Positions 28,421-42,120 of a DNA stretch of 64,000 nt are shown here, one piece after another. A model generated the notes under the pieces. It was not told where the DNA came from. It did not search any database and saw nothing but the letters and a program-made list of their open reading frames with translations. The stretch lies in the NCBI GenBank assembly GCA_964016885.1, contig OZ024746.1:64046001-64110000 (forward strand). The letters run 5' to 3'. Within the stretch, counting starts at the first letter, position 1. Every line of letters starts with the position of its first letter. The stretch is from Eledone cirrhosa (taxonomy: Eukaryota). A program made the translations under genes and the position numbers.

Positions 28421-29048
28421 TAAACTGGGTGATAGCTTAAATGTCCCCCCTCCCAAGTAATCCACAGTAGGATTTGAACTCAGAATGCAAAGAGCTGGAA
28501 CAAATACTGCAATAATTTTGTCCTCTGTTCCAACAGTTCTGCTTATTCACCAGCTTATGTGAAGAGTTTTCAAACAAATATTTAAAATCTTGAAAAAAAA
28601 AAAAAAATGACAAACCAAACAAACAAACAAACAAACAAACAAAGAAAACATTTTTTTTTTATTCGTGAAAGGAAAATAACTCCTTTTCATTTCTAAATGT
28701 TTCAATATCTCAAAATTGAACCCTTGTGTTTACGTTAGAAATATTGGTCACCGTTTCTGTTTTGTAGAATTTTTCTTTGTTTCTACAGTAAATGCATGTT
28801 AGCAAATGAAAGACCATTCAGAGAAATTCCAGTCACATTATCAAAACAAAGCATGTCAAAGACAAAGTAAAACAATTTGAAATTTAAGAATAATTATCTC
28901 ATTTTATTAAATGATTTTTATCAATTAGATAACAATCTAAGATGTTGTTAGAACAGCCAAAGAAAACAATTAAATTAATGGCTATATAAATATAAACAAC
29001 ATAAATAGGAAGCATGGAGGAAATTTGAAAAGTGTGTGTCAAGTGGGT

Positions 29049-29187
29049 GAAGAAGAAAAAGAAGGAGAAGAAGAAGAAGAAAAAGAAGAAGAATGAGAAG
29101 AAAAGGAAAAAGAAAAAGAAGGAGGAGAAGAAGAAGAAAAAGAAAAAGAAAAAGAAAAAGAAAAAGAAAAAGAAAAAGAAAAAGAAG
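29049..29187. repeat. Polypurine (GAA/GAAAAA)n tract
   Basis: About 140 bp almost entirely A/G. Confidence 0.92.
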
Positions 29188-29489
29188 TGTGTCCCAATGC
29201 AAATGATTAAAATAATAGTTGATCACTAAAAATATTTTTTAATTTGAGAAAATCAGGTAAAGCACCACTAGAGACAGAAAAGAGTGGACAGAGGCACATT
29301 CCTTTGTGTTGAGGTGTACAAATTTCAAATACTTCCCAGTAGCTAGCCTCACCATTACTGCACAACATCATCAGTATTACTCCTAATCTACCCTTCAGTT
29401 GTATCAAGGACATGACAACTTCCCTAGTGTTGATGATCTACATGATAAATGTACTTAGTGCATGCTGTAAAGTGACTGGCTATAGGAAG

Positions 29490-30225
29490 GACATACAAGA
29501 TTTATATTGTATATAGTTTCTACCAACTTCTTTTCTACATATTGAACCAGGCCATTTCCTTGCTGAGATTCTGATCTTCTTACCTACTTACTAAAACTTT
29601 GGTTTTTGCCAAATTTACTCTGAGTCCTTTTGACTCCAATTTCTGTTTCAACAGTTGACATTTCTTCTCCAGCTCTTCCAAAATTTCTGATGTAAGAAGC
29701 AGATCATCATGAAACAGAATTTTCCATGGACAACCTGTCTTAACCCTTTACTCTATATTTACTATTTTATTTTCATAGAAAATGCTTTATCTCACAATTA
29801 TCTTACATAATATCGATTTTACAAGATTTTAATATTATTTATTTTGAGAACAACACCTTAACACAAGTATGAGCAGCCAGTTATGGCTGGCTTGAACAGA
29901 AAGAGGTGAGAGAATTCTAACCAGATATGGCCAGTTTAAATGCTAAAGGGTTAAATTCCTCTGCTATAGTCATAATAAACAGGAGTAGGTTGAAAACTAA
30001 GCTCTGATGAATACCTACTTATATATTGAATTCCTCACTAAACTCATTAACTACTATCAGTTTACTGAGAGCTTCTCTGTACATGGCTTGCACTGCTGTC
30101 ACAATCCATTCTTCTATACCAAGTTTTCTTAAGAACCAGCAGTGGTACTCTGTCAAAGGCCTTCTCTAGATCAACAAAATCTACATATAGTGGCTTTCCA
30201 ATTCTTTCATATATTAGAGGCCTTG
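29490..30225 (-). mobile_element. Old degenerate RTE RT fragment interrupted by a TTAA MITE
   Basis: KPLYVDFVDLEKAFDRVP; EEFKTGCPWK split at TTAA. Confidence 0.75.
29740..29954. mobile_element. piggyBac-like TTAA MITE with a demonstrable TSD
   Basis: Removing it restores RTE sequence CAACCTGTC-TTAA-ATTCCTCTG. Confidence 0.85.
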
Positions 30226-31719
30226 CAAAAAAGAAATAGGCCCTGCTCTTTTTTTTGTTTGGTGATTTAGAATTAAAAAAATGGTGACCACAAGTTGAAA
30301 CAAATGAAAATATAACAAAGACAGAAAAATAATGGACATATTTCAATAATAAAACAAAAACAAAATCAACAATGAATGAGAAAAACAACAAACCTGATGA
30401 AAGTGTGCAACATATGGCTGTTATGAAATGTAGATAATTGCCGTGAAAATTTCATCATTATGAGGAATACCATATGCTGTACAAAAACAACAAAGTATGT
30501 CAATTACAAAACAAGAGCTAAAAATCATTAAATGACAACCCCCCCCCCCCCCCCTCCCCCATAATTCTCCCGAAAGGATTAAAAAAATAGTTCTGCTATG
30601 AAAATTACATATGTTTTTGCTGTTACAGTTTAGTCTCATATCAGCCACGATTGAGCAGCTCAAGCCTCAAATATCATGTCTCTTGTATTTATGACTACAT
30701 TATTTAATGTGTTCTTTCCTTTTAAAAAAAAAGATAGTAGGATGTGATTTGAGGGAGATTTGACTGCAACATCTAGCAGATTGAATTGTCCTTTTCTTCT
30801 GGGAAATATAGATATTGCAAGGTATTATTATATTTAGAGGTAAAATGATTGAATGGTTAAAGTATTCAACTGTAGTCATATGGTTGTGTTCAAGCAAACA
30901 CATACACATAATATGATTAGTCACAAACACACACACAACTAGACATAGTTTAAGCTTTACAATATACAAGTAACAGTAAAACTCAGCATTTCTACCCCAC
31001 TGATGTGGGCCTGGACTGAGTGGGGGAGAGTTCTGTTGTGTCTGAGAGCCCATATGCAGGCCTCATCATGGTCCCAGTGAGCCCAGCTAGAGTGGGGGAG
31101 TGATCTCTGGTGTTTGAGAGCCCAATGTGTAGGCTTCCTCATGGTCCCAGGAGACAAAAATAAAAAATAAACATTGCCCCAGAGGATAGCGAGGGAGATG
31201 TATTGTAATAGCCATTTTAACTTACAGGGCTCACTCTTGCTGGTGGTCAACTCTGGCCTATGTTCATCATCATCATTATCATCATCACTGTTTTATGTTC
31301 ATTTTTCCACGCTAGCTTGGGTTAGACATAGTAGGGAATAGGAAGGTGGCCTAGGAGTAAAAAATGCTGGAAGTTTCTACTGCTGCAGGTTTGATTACAA
31401 TGAACAGGTAACTCTTCTGTGAGCCTTGGGTACCAAACTTGGATCACCTATTGATTTCTAATCACAGACAGTAAAAACAATACTATTATTACAGACTCTT
31501 TGGACACCAAACTGCCTGAAACTTCCCTTGGTGCCCCAATACAAAGATGTTTGTTTTAAGTTGTTTAAACTCCTCATCCCTCGCCAAAACCTCACATCAT
31601 AATTCTATGCAAGAACCTTTGTTAACCTATGTTCTAAACACCAGCTTAGTAATGAGAAAGTTAGTTATATTAATGAAACACTTCAAATTCTTAATTATTT
31701 TCAATATTTGAACAAGATA

Positions 31720-32575
31720 AAAAAATGGACCAATTTACAGAGAAAGTTGTGCATGGGTACCTGAGATGAAACCATAGAGGGGATAAATCATTCAAAAAGC
31801 CTGGCATGGAGTTCCGACAAGCTTATGACATCTCTCCTTGAAGGATATCTCTATGCAATACAGGAACAAGAAATCCCTACCAAATATCTGCTACACGAAA
31901 GAGGAGGGCCATCAGTTGACAATAAATGTAGGCTTTGTAAAACAAAGATCAAAGATGTTAACCACATTGTTGCCAATTGCAAAAGAATGTCGTCTCGCTA
32001 CTACCTCCTCATGAGACACGATGTGATAGCTAGAACCATCTGGAGCGCACTTAGGAAAACAAAATTAAAAACAAATGAGGAGGAATATGTTGAGATGGCA
32101 CTAAAGAATACTGGTGGAACCTGAAAATATAAACTGCCACCAAATTAAAGCACAACCGGCCTGATATTGTTGTTTGAGACCACACATTGAAAACGTGTTC
32201 TGTTGTGGAGATCAGCTGCCCACTTGATGTCAACGTTGTAAGAAAAATACAAGAGAAGGAGGACATTTACGGACTATTGATGAGGAGTTTGCAGATCCAG
32301 TATCCAGTATACACCTTCAGCTTCATACCCATCATTATTGGATCTACAGGTTATATACCAACCCACTTGGACCAGAGTATAACTGAACTTGGATTTATGG
32401 ACAAAGAGCGCAGCTCCTTAATTCATAGACTACAAATGGCTGCGATAGCTGGCACCTTCAAAATTTCCAAAACATTCTTGTGATTCAAGGGATGACGATT
32501 TCTTTTCTTTTACAACCTTGCCTCCAGGAAGGTGACCGGTCAAAAGTGTATTCGAAATTAAGAGAAAGAGAAACA
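31720..32575 (+). mobile_element. R4-clade RLE retrotransposon 3' fragment ending at (CATA)n
   Basis: EGYLYAIQEQEIPTKY, CRLC..HIVANC, RHD, HNRPDIV, VVEISCPLD, IPIIIGSTG. Confidence 0.85.
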
Positions 32576-33401
32576 TACATACATACATACACACACACAT
32601 ACGCACACACACATATTTATATATATTCTATACACAAGCAATATTATGTTTATATAGGTATGTATAGTTTGTTCAACACCTAATTAAGGCCAATATTGAT
32701 ATTTTTCTTTTAAAAAAAACAATTATCTACTTTGTTAAAAAGCAACAAAGAAAAGCTAATGTATTTTGAGGTAGAGTTTTTTTTTTGTATCCAGAAAAAT
32801 TATTTCATTAATACCAAGCAGAATTTTTGTTCAATAAACAATTTTTAAATAATACTATAATTTTTTCTTCAAAATAAAGGTGCGTCTTTTATCTTGAAAA
32901 ACATGTTATGTTGATTCTATATTACATTATATTTAATAAAATATTTGCTCTTAGCTTTTTTTTTAGATGGAATCATTTGTTTTAAAATTAAACATTTTCA
33001 ACTACAGCCTCCTCAACTCTAAGTTGTAATATGTACTCAATAAAGTAGGTAAAACATATAAATAGACAGAAATTTTCTAAAAGGAAAATGATTTTTAGTG
33101 CTTTAAGAACAACAATAAATGACTGAAAAAGTCTAATTCAAAGAACCATTCTATCTTTTTTAGGAGTATATAAGACTACATTGTACAATGAGTTTTTTCC
33201 TTTCACCAGGGAGTTGGGGGAGATTTGGCTGCTATTTCTAGCATGTCAAACAACCACTTGAAAACTCCAAGATGTTTAAAAAAAGGAAAAAAGTCTCAAG
33301 CTTGAAGACTTATTAGACCAGTGTTTATCCTGGTTTTCTTGGCATTCAGCAACTTGTAGTATAAGATGTCTTTCTGGACAGGATGCCAGTTCATTGCAAG
33401 G

Positions 33402-33612
33402 TTAACCCTTTAGCATTTAAACCAGCCATATCTGGCTAGAATTCTCTCACCTTTTTCTGTTCAAACTGGCTGTAACCAGCCACTCATACTGACATTAAGG
33501 TATTGTTTTCAAAATAATCAATATCAAAATCTCATAGATTCGATATTATGTGAGATAATTATGTGAGGTAAAGCCTTTACCGTAAAAATATTATATTTTT
33601 ATGGTAAAGGCT
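33402..33612. mobile_element. Truncated TTAA MITE inserted in an old minus-strand SINE (about 33320-33745)
   Basis: TTAACCCTTTAGCATTTAAACCAGCC start; ends in hairpin AGCCTTTACC...GGTAAAGGCT; flank has GAAGTGTTTTGTTCAAGAACAC and GGAATCGAACC. Confidence 0.7.
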
Positions 33613-34069
33613 GTTGCTGTTGGTACTCCTGTTCAGCTGACTATACTAGGGCAACGTGAAATGAAGTGTTTTGTTCAAGAACACAACACACAACCCAGTT
33701 CAGGAATCGAACCAATGGCATCATGATTGTAAGTCCAACACCCTTTGTTACCTTGGATATTCCCAGAAATAATACTTCTTAACATCTTGCTCAAGACAAA
33801 AGGTTTAATTTCATTAAGGTACAAAAGAAAACTATACAAGAGAATTATGTGAATGGCTTACTCAAGCCATGGATGGTTGGCAAATCAAGTTAAACATAAT
33901 AGATTCAAAGGAGATATGCCTCTTTAATACTGAATCTCTAGTCGAATGATGGAATAAATTACTGAAATACTGGATTTTGTCAGAGAATAAAATTTTCCAG
34001 CCAGTGACACATTCTAAATGTTGGTAGGGTTGGATGGGGTGATGGTGTTTGGGGAAATTGAGACTGACA

Positions 34070-34410
34070 ACTTAGATCATAGATGGCAGCTTGTGAGAGG
34101 GCTTGGGTTATTCTAACACCTAAGCTAACATCCACAGAAATACTATGAATATTTTGAGCTTCCTTGAAAATGTTTTAAGGGCAACACTAGCATTCCTTGT
34201 CCTAATGTATAATTGAAGAAGTTTCTATACCTATTCCATTATTTCTTTCTGATTCAGTTTTATTGTAGATAACCCGTCAACCTCAATGCATCAAACACAC
34301 CATTCATTATCTCTCTTGAACCAAATGTAGTGATAAGCCTTCTCAGCTACCTCCAATAATTTCCTTGAAAGGTACTACCTTTCATTTTCAGCCAATCCAA
34401 AGCCTCTGAG
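34070..34410 (-). mobile_element. NeSL/HERO-like RLE element extreme 3' fragment
   Basis: LRGFGLAENER*YLSRKLLEVAEKAYHYIWFKRDNEW resembles the AE.AS.W.W..R C-terminus. Confidence 0.5.
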
Positions 34411-34703
34411 CTATATATATATATATATATACACACAATATACATAAATATATATATATACATATATATATACACAATATACATAAATATATATATATAC
34501 ATATATATATACACAATATACATAAATATATATATATATATACATATATATACACAATATACATATATACACAATATACATAAATATATATATATCTATA
34601 TAGCTCGGATTCACATGAATCATCGAGCGCTTGCCACACATATCGGACGTTGATTTTCGTTAATTCCTGAGCTGAAATACGATTCTCGCTAATTTATATT
34701 TGT

Positions 34704-35802
34704 ATCATCATCATCATCATCATTTTACGTCCGCTTTTCCCTGCTTGCAAGGGTGGGACGGGAACTGATTCTGGCTTGCTTTCTACAGCTGGATGCCCTT
34801 CCTAACACCAACCTCATTTACAGTGAGTGCTGGGTGCTTTTTTGCCGTGGCACCTCCACGACCACCTTGCAGTGGGAGGGTGTGGGGGCATATTGTCTAT
34901 ATGCTTCAGCTTGTACCCATGGGAGGTCGGGTACTCTGTATTACTGTGTGACGCCAGAGGTCACGGTCGTGTGTCATCGCCTTTGAGAGGTGTAATTGGG
35001 TAAGGTCGGCTTTTATCACCTCATCCCAGGTCTTCTTGGGTCTCCCCACTCTGCGGTTTCCATTGACTTCTAGTGCTCTGCACCTTTTTATGCAGCTGTC
35101 ATCCTTCATACGCATCACATGTCCATACCAACGAAACCACCTCTCCTGCACACAACATTTGATTCCTCTTATGCTCAGTCTCTCTCTCAATTCATTTATG
35201 CTTTGTCGTTCGCGTATATTACTATTACACATCCATCGGAGCATGCAGGCTTCATTTCTTTCTAATCTACGTAAGTCTTCCACCTTCAGCGCCCAGGTCT
35301 CACTACCATGTAACATTGCTGTTCGGATACACGCATCATACAGTCTGCCTTTCATTTTGAGGGAGAAGCCTTTTGCAGCTAGCAGTGACAGTAGTTCCCT
35401 GAACTTCTTCCCTCCCGTTCTTACCCTAGTTATTGTACTTTCTGAACACCCACCTCTGCTGCTAATTTGGTCACCTAGGTAGCAGAAGCTGTCTACTGTT
35501 TCTACAGAGCCCCAGAGATTGGTGGTACTTGTTTCCTGTGGCTGTTTGCTGCTTGCTGTCCCAGCACAGCTGCTGCATGTGAAGCCTACATTCTTAATTA
35601 AGCTTCCTGAGATCCCACTACATCTCTTGTGTACCCATTGTTTGCATTTGGAGCAGAGAATGGAGCAGAGAATGGAGTTCCTACCTACACCTTTCCTACA
35701 TACTGAGCAAGGCCATTTCCCTGAGGGGATCTGGGTTCTGTTTTCTCATCTACTTACGAGGACCTTAGTCTTTGTCATGTTAACTTTGAGACCCTTTCTT
35801 TC
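34704..35802 (-). mobile_element. RTE-clade LINE, 5'-truncated
   Basis: PHD-like finger region, MLHGSETW, RWYGHVMRM, 3'UTR, (GAT)n. Confidence 0.9.
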
Positions 35803-35904
35803 TATTAGCACGCTTTTCTCTTTGCATGTATGTATATTTTTGTACGAGTGTATATTAGTGTGTATGTATGTGTCTATGTACACATGTATGTGTATATGTA
35901 TTTA

Positions 35905-36006
<102 letters not shown>

Positions 36007-36369
36007 CGTAGATATATGCGTATATTAATTCGTTAACCTCTGTATTAACTCTACAACTATTGAGCTTTGACAGTGGTCCCACTCATGTATACGGTTGAAG
36101 ATGAAGAGAAAGACTGTAAAAACTAGCTTATCTTTATAATTTAAAATTGATACACACTACGATACTTTATGCCTTATGACAGCTGGTTTTCACGCCGTAA
36201 CATTAGATACATTATATACCCCCCACCTAAGTAATGTCAGGGTCTCCTTAAATAGTTTATTGATAGCATTGTTGTAATAATTGTTGTTGTTTATTGTTCT
36301 AATTGAATGCCATAACTACTCCATATTTTCTTTTATTTTCTTGCCTGTGTATTTTCTTCATTCTCGCAT

Positions 36370-36475
36370 GCTCCGAAGATCTGACTGGTTATAATTCTGT
36401 ATTGGCGATCGAGTGACGCAAAATTAGGCGGATAGCGATCTCTAGACATACCAGTTCAGTGAAACAAATGTAAGC
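36370..36475 (+). ncRNA. Hammerhead-like motif with long stem II insertion
   Basis: GCT-CCGAAGA-tCTGACTGGT...ACCAGTTCAGt-GAAA-CAAATG-TA-AGC. Confidence 0.55.
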
Positions 36476-36699
36476 TATGTGATTAAAACTTTTTTGTACA
36501 GCAAACCATGTAAACCTTCTTTCCTGATTTATTATTACTCCAAGTGTTTACAACATAGGAATTACAGCATACCCGCAGCATCACTATGAAAACGCCTTGT
36601 TGAGTCAAACCAAGCCAAGCGTTAATATCATCCACTACCTGGAATACCATAACTGGACTTCACCTAAGTGGACTGCATTTAACTATTATTTGTTAATCC

Positions 36700-36742
<43 letters not shown>

Positions 36743-36748
36743 ATATAC

Positions 36749-36789
<41 letters not shown>

Positions 36790-36795
36790 ATATAC

Positions 36796-36838
<43 letters not shown>

Positions 36839-36865
36839 ATATACATAAATATATATATATATATA

Positions 36866-37265
36866 GTGACAAAACATAAGTCAATTGCATGAACTCATAA
36901 TCCTTTATTTACTGCTATATATATTTCGATGATAGCCATTGAATGGCTATGATCTCATCAGGCAGTTAGTCAGTTCTTAGATATGCCAGCTCTGTGTTGA
37001 TTGTATCAGAGCCTTGGGACATATGAGCTTGTTAGGAATAATTTAATGTTGTCAGCAGGAATAGTCTTGATTCTGATTGGTCAGTTTGTAGATGCTAGTA
37101 GGGTTGGTATTTGACCTCAAAGAGGCAGGTGGTGTTGTAAAGTTCAAACCGTCAGTCAAGATGACAATAGTTCCATATGACTGATTTTCACAAAAAGCAT
37201 TCCTGGTCAGATATATATTCAATTAAGATTACTAGAATGAAATAGATACTATAGGTCATTCTTAA
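36866..37265 (-). mobile_element. PLE 3' end relic carrying the ribozyme
   Basis: Degenerate GIY-YIG tail (ECF...GT...DGLN) near 37140-37210, hairpin, hammerhead, AATAAA, (TA)n. Confidence 0.55.
36911..36966 (-). ncRNA. Type I minimal hammerhead ribozyme (PLE-type)
   Basis: ACTGC-CTGATGA-GATCATAGCCATTCAATGGCTATCATC-GAAA-TATATA-TA-GCAGT; full core, 5-bp stem I, followed by AATAAA. Confidence 0.85.
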
Positions 37266-37790
37266 ATTGAGGAATTTATGTGGAGTGGTGCTACTGAAAT
37301 TATGGTTAGAGTAGAAAATTTACAAATAAAAAGACTTATGTAGGTTGGCTTGCACGAACACTCACACCTACCTCCACAGACACACACACACATCCACACA
37401 TACAAAATGTGGGGTGGTAATACTTAAAATAATGGTTAGAGTCTAATACTTAGATAGTTTAGAAAATTTAGAAATAAAAGGTTTATGTTGGTTGACTTGT
37501 ACATACACTCACACCTACCCCCTCAGACACACACACATCTACACACACAAATCCATACAGGTGTGTATATATATATATGTATGTATGTATTTACGCACAA
37601 GTATATATATATATAAAATATATATATATACACAGAACATACATATATATATAAAATACACACTTATACACATAAAAAAAATATATATATACACATGATA
37701 TATATATATATATATATATAAACAGGTCGTTATACAATATAGGTATGTGTGCAGTGCTGGACTGGGTCTAAAGCTCCTGTGTATATGTAA

Positions 37791-37904
<114 letters not shown>

Positions 37905-38113
37905 GCATGTGTGTGTGTTTGTACATGTATGTATGCATGCATGAATGAATAAGTAAGCCAGTGATTCTAACTGTCAGCACTATTATATATTTTGGTTTCT
38001 ATTAATTCCCAAGGGAATAATTTGACCAAATGCTTTGCTTGTTTATTTATTTAAAAAAAAAAATTATTCTTTCTCTAAGACATTTTTTGAAAGCAAAGCA
38101 TTAGCCCCTAAAA

Positions 38114-38451
38114 CAGGGGTTCTCAACCTTTTTTTCGCTGTGGACCACCAAAATAAGTAATTTTTTTCCTGTGGGCCACCTAAACTTTTAAATCTTTTGT
38201 AAAAGAACTGCTACTTATAAGCATGAGTAGATGTTTTTTTCAATGAATTAGAAAATGCTATTATCAAGTCGCAGTGCCTAAAAATCTATGGAAATAAACA
38301 GCTGAAGTCGTACTTATGCGAAGAATAAGAACAACGCTTTAAGTCAAATGCATGGATCAAAAAAGAATTTGCTATTGAAAATTTTCTGTGGACCACCTGA
38401 ATTTTCCTGTGGACCACTAATGGTCCACATGGACCAGGTTGAGAACCCCTG
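38114..38451. mobile_element. hAT (Charlie-like) MITE
   Basis: Perfect 16-bp TIRs CAGGGGTTCTCAACCT; subterminal GTGGACCAC repeats; CCCCTAAAA-like flanks. Confidence 0.85.
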
Positions 38452-38719
38452 CCCCCTAAAATACTACAGTGAGCTTCTGCAATGCTACCGTGGGCCCCCT
38501 GGGGTCCATTTGTCATTGGCAACCTGGTCAGTCCACCACTGTATGTGTGAGTATTCAGCAATCTCTGATGTACACTCACATATGCATGCATGCACATACG
38601 TACACACACATACATGTGATTACAAATTTCAGTCCTGTACATGGAATTTGATCAACTTATATTTCTACACTTCTTGCTTCAGTCTGTTGCAGAGTCTGTT
38701 AAAGTAGTGAAACACGTGT

Positions 38720-39050
38720 AAAAATATCTTTCTACTTTTGGCATAAGGGAAGGAGAAGTCGGTTAAATCAACTCCAGTGCATTACTGGTACTTTACTTTA
38801 TCGACCCTGTAAGGATGAAAAGCAAGGTTAACCTCATAATAAATGAAATATAAAAAAAAATAATTGTTTCTACTTTTGGCACAAGGCCAGCAATTACTCA
38901 GTACATTACTGGTACTTTATTTTATCGACCCCTTAAGGATGAAAGGCAAAGTTAACCTCGGCGGGATTTGAACTCAGTATGGCAAGGGCCGTAACTCTAT
39001 GCGTCAAAGCATGGCGTCCGACCCTCTACCGATACTGCCAATCCACCGCC
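38720..39050 (-). mobile_element. Two tandem Meta-like SINE copies (partial 38720-38835, full 38862-39050)
   Basis: Reverse complement of the 18480 SINE. Confidence 0.85.
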
Positions 39051-39101
39051 CTAAATATAAAAAAAAATAATTCCATCGTTTTCTACTATCTCTCTCATGT
39101 C

Positions 39102-39133
<32 letters not shown>

Positions 39134-39298
39134 CGCACTTAAAATTCGTGCTGAACAACCAAGTTATGTTTGTATGTATCCTGTTATTGTTATAAACTTT
39201 AGAGAGAGGGAATGATGTTAGCAAGAGTGAAAACATTTTAGAATATTTGGGCCCTCTCTTCCGTTTTTTTTTCTTATTATTTTAAAATTACAATTGTA

Positions 39299-39384
39299 TA
39301 AATTTACAGTACAAAAACATTGCAGTACAAAATTTACAGTACAAAAACATTGCAGTACAAAATTTACAGTACAAAAACATTGCA
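39299..39384. repeat. 30-bp tandem repeat, about 2.8 copies
   Basis: AATTTACAGTACAAAAACATTGCAGTACAA. Confidence 0.92.
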
Positions 39385-39619
39385 AATATGTTTTAAATAT
39401 ATATACACAAATAACATAACAAATACGTCAATGACATTATAAATTTCTCACAATTCGTTCAGAAGGACATTACAAATATAGTCTCAACCTAAACCATGTA
39501 TGATAACACAATAATTTAAATTCATTGAACAAAAATGATAAGGGAAAGAAAGAAGGAAAAAAAAAGGGGGGGGGGGGGGGGTTCACCACCTAGTGTGACA
39601 ATCTGCAACACCTCACACC

Positions 39620-40090
39620 TTGGGAGTTAACTGCACACTTTCATGCAAGCCAACACGCTCACAGCATTGCCACAGGTGATGGTGAGGTTAAGGCGCTAAA
39701 ATAACCAGGCACCCTCACGAGCATCACCTGACACCTCAGTAAGGTGAGCCGCCAGTGATGACAAGAACTTCGCTGTCAGCGGCCCAACTCCATCAAACGT
39801 CTCGAACGCCACAGGCTGGAAAAAATAATTGTTTGATAAGTCCTAGTATTTCCGAATTTTATTCCGTTCGGCAACATTCACCGCGGCGTCCATGATGTGG
39901 GTGAGAGCAAAAGAGTCACTGACTGTGACGTCCCAGATGAGACACCTACTTCTCACCCAGAGACAAAGGGTAAGACCGTCTTTCCATCACTTCTGGATAA
40001 AGCAGCCAGCTCCAGAACTGTGGGGATATTAACCCGAGCCAGGGCCTGTTTGATGATCAAGTTTAGCTCGGTGTGACGAGCAAAATGACT
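39620..40090 (-). mobile_element. Diverged CRE-like RLE domain fragment
   Basis: HFARHTELNLIIKQALARVNIP, CLIWDVTVSDSFA, FQPVAFETFD. Confidence 0.8.
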
Positions 40091-40869
40091 AAATGAATTC
40101 TAAATAAAAAAATTACTAGGATTTTATGATTATAACATTCCTGTGTAACAGACAAAACATCGCAAGGGAATCATTACGATATATATTGTCCACTTGCTTT
40201 GTTAAGCGTATGTTTGTAAATATTGTCAATTTTAAAATTGAATCTGGAATTCAATTTGAAATACCATCAATGGTCATACACAAGAAGATAAAGAAACACC
40301 TATTAAGAAGAGTGTAAGAATGTCAAGGTTCTCCATATTAACAGGTATTTTAAGTACAGCATGTCTAACAATTCAGTTTTAAAGACGAAGTTAAGCTCTA
40401 TTTGGTATGTTGTAGTTATACTTCGGAGACGTATCGGCTCTACCTGGAGTTACTCCTTCCAGACTAATCTATTAAATATAATTTTCACCTTTTGATGTTT
40501 TTAATCAATAAACTGAAATTTTGACACGTAAAAAATTATTTCCAAATGAATTATTTATAAGCTTTTACAATTACACCTGTCCTGTGTTGGAGTCGAGATT
40601 TGTTTTTCCTATGATTTTTTATGTGTTTTGAATGAATTTAAGATTCAAAACCGCTGGAAATTATTGATTCTTTTTAGTTAACTAGTGTTGGGAGAGGTTA
40701 CCCTCGGATGTTTCTTTACAATTACACCCGTCTTGGTTGGAGGTAAACTTTATGTTTTCCCTATGGTTTTTGATGCCTTTTGAACGAATCTGATCTTCAA
40801 AACTATAGGGAATTATTTGTTTTTTAGTTAACGGGTGGGGGTCCTTGGATTTGGAGATGATATTACTCA

Positions 40870-42120
40870 CGTCTCGAACCCCATCAACGTTTCTTCATAC
40901 TCAGGAACTACCTGTATATTCCTAAGCTTCTGTATCTGCTCAGGGTCAGCCCCTCTCATAGATTTCCGTCCTGCCTCCAACGCTTCGACGACCTAATCTT
41001 TGAGAGACTCGAGTGCCTGGTCAATGTTAGACTCTCTCCAGAGTCCCGCGACCAGGCTACGTTGCCTAAGCGATTTGGGGGCTCTTGGTCTTCGTAAGTG
41101 TTCGTCCCTCTCTCTCCCCTGCTTCCTTTCCTCCACCCATGCTTGCTCCACCCTGGTGAGCAGCATCCTCTCCTCTCCAACATGAACTAGTTCCAACAGG
41201 GAGTTGAGTGAAGCTTTCCAACAATGGAGTGAGTTGGGCTTGTCTCTTCCTGAGAAGGTGGAGGACAGTCGAAGTCAGAGAACTTGGGACAGCATAAGTT
41301 CGAAGGCCACCTTCGACTCCCCCTTCGTCCAGTCAGATCAGTTTTCAAGGTGCCGCTTACTATCAGCCAACGCCAAATACTCAGGTGACTGGGTTGATGC
41401 CCTACACGTGGCTAGCATTGGTGGCCTACTCAGCCTGGACGAACTTCGTGTCTCCATCGCCCTCAGAATGGGAGCTGACATCTACATGGGTTTGAGGTGT
41501 CGATGCAGCAAACTCCTCGATTCCACAGGCCTCCACGGTCTTTCTTGCCGCCTGAATGCCGGTCACTTCGCACGTCACACGGAGCTAAACTTCATTCTCA
41601 AGAGATCTTTGGCCCAGGCGAATATCCCCTTAATCTTGGAACCAACTGGGTTGTCCAGAAGTGACGGCAAAAGGCTTGACAGCCTTACTCTATGCCCCTG
41701 GTCGAGAGGCAGGTGCTTTGTCTGGGAAATCACTGTTAGTGACTCTTTTGCTTCTTCCCACATCCTGGATGCTGCGGTTAGGGCGAGAGCCACAGCTTCT
41801 GCAGCCAAGCGGAGTAAGATCCTCAAATACTGTGATCTGTCAGCCAACTACATTTTTCAGCCTGTGGCTTTCGAGACGTTTGGGGGAGTCGGGTCGCTGA
41901 CTGCGAGTTTCCTCTCTTCACTGGCAGCTCGCCTAATAGAGGTAACTGGCGAATCTCGCGAGGGCGCTTGGTTGTTCCAACGCATCAGCCTTGCCATTAC
42001 CCGAGGCAACGCTGCGAGTGTGCTGGTTTGCCTAAAAAATCATTAGTGAGGTTGCCCAGTACTCCTTGCGACGCTGCTGTCTTTTGCTCTGGTGGTGGCT
42101 CGGTTGTCCACCCCTTCCTT
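40870..42120 (+). mobile_element. CRE-like non-LTR element 3' part (thumb, Zn finger, RLE)
   Basis: 280-aa ORF 41204-42046: RHTELN, EPTGLSRSDGKRLD, KYCDL, FQPVAFETFG, WLFQRISLAITRGNAASV. Confidence 0.88.

Noticed and set aside
29032-29229. Poly-lysine ORF and antisense poly-Leu/Phe ORF
   Set aside because: Simple polypurine repeat with no coding evidence
39299-39384. CRISPR-like 30-bp repeats
   Set aside because: Head-to-tail with no spacers, eukaryotic context, no cas genes
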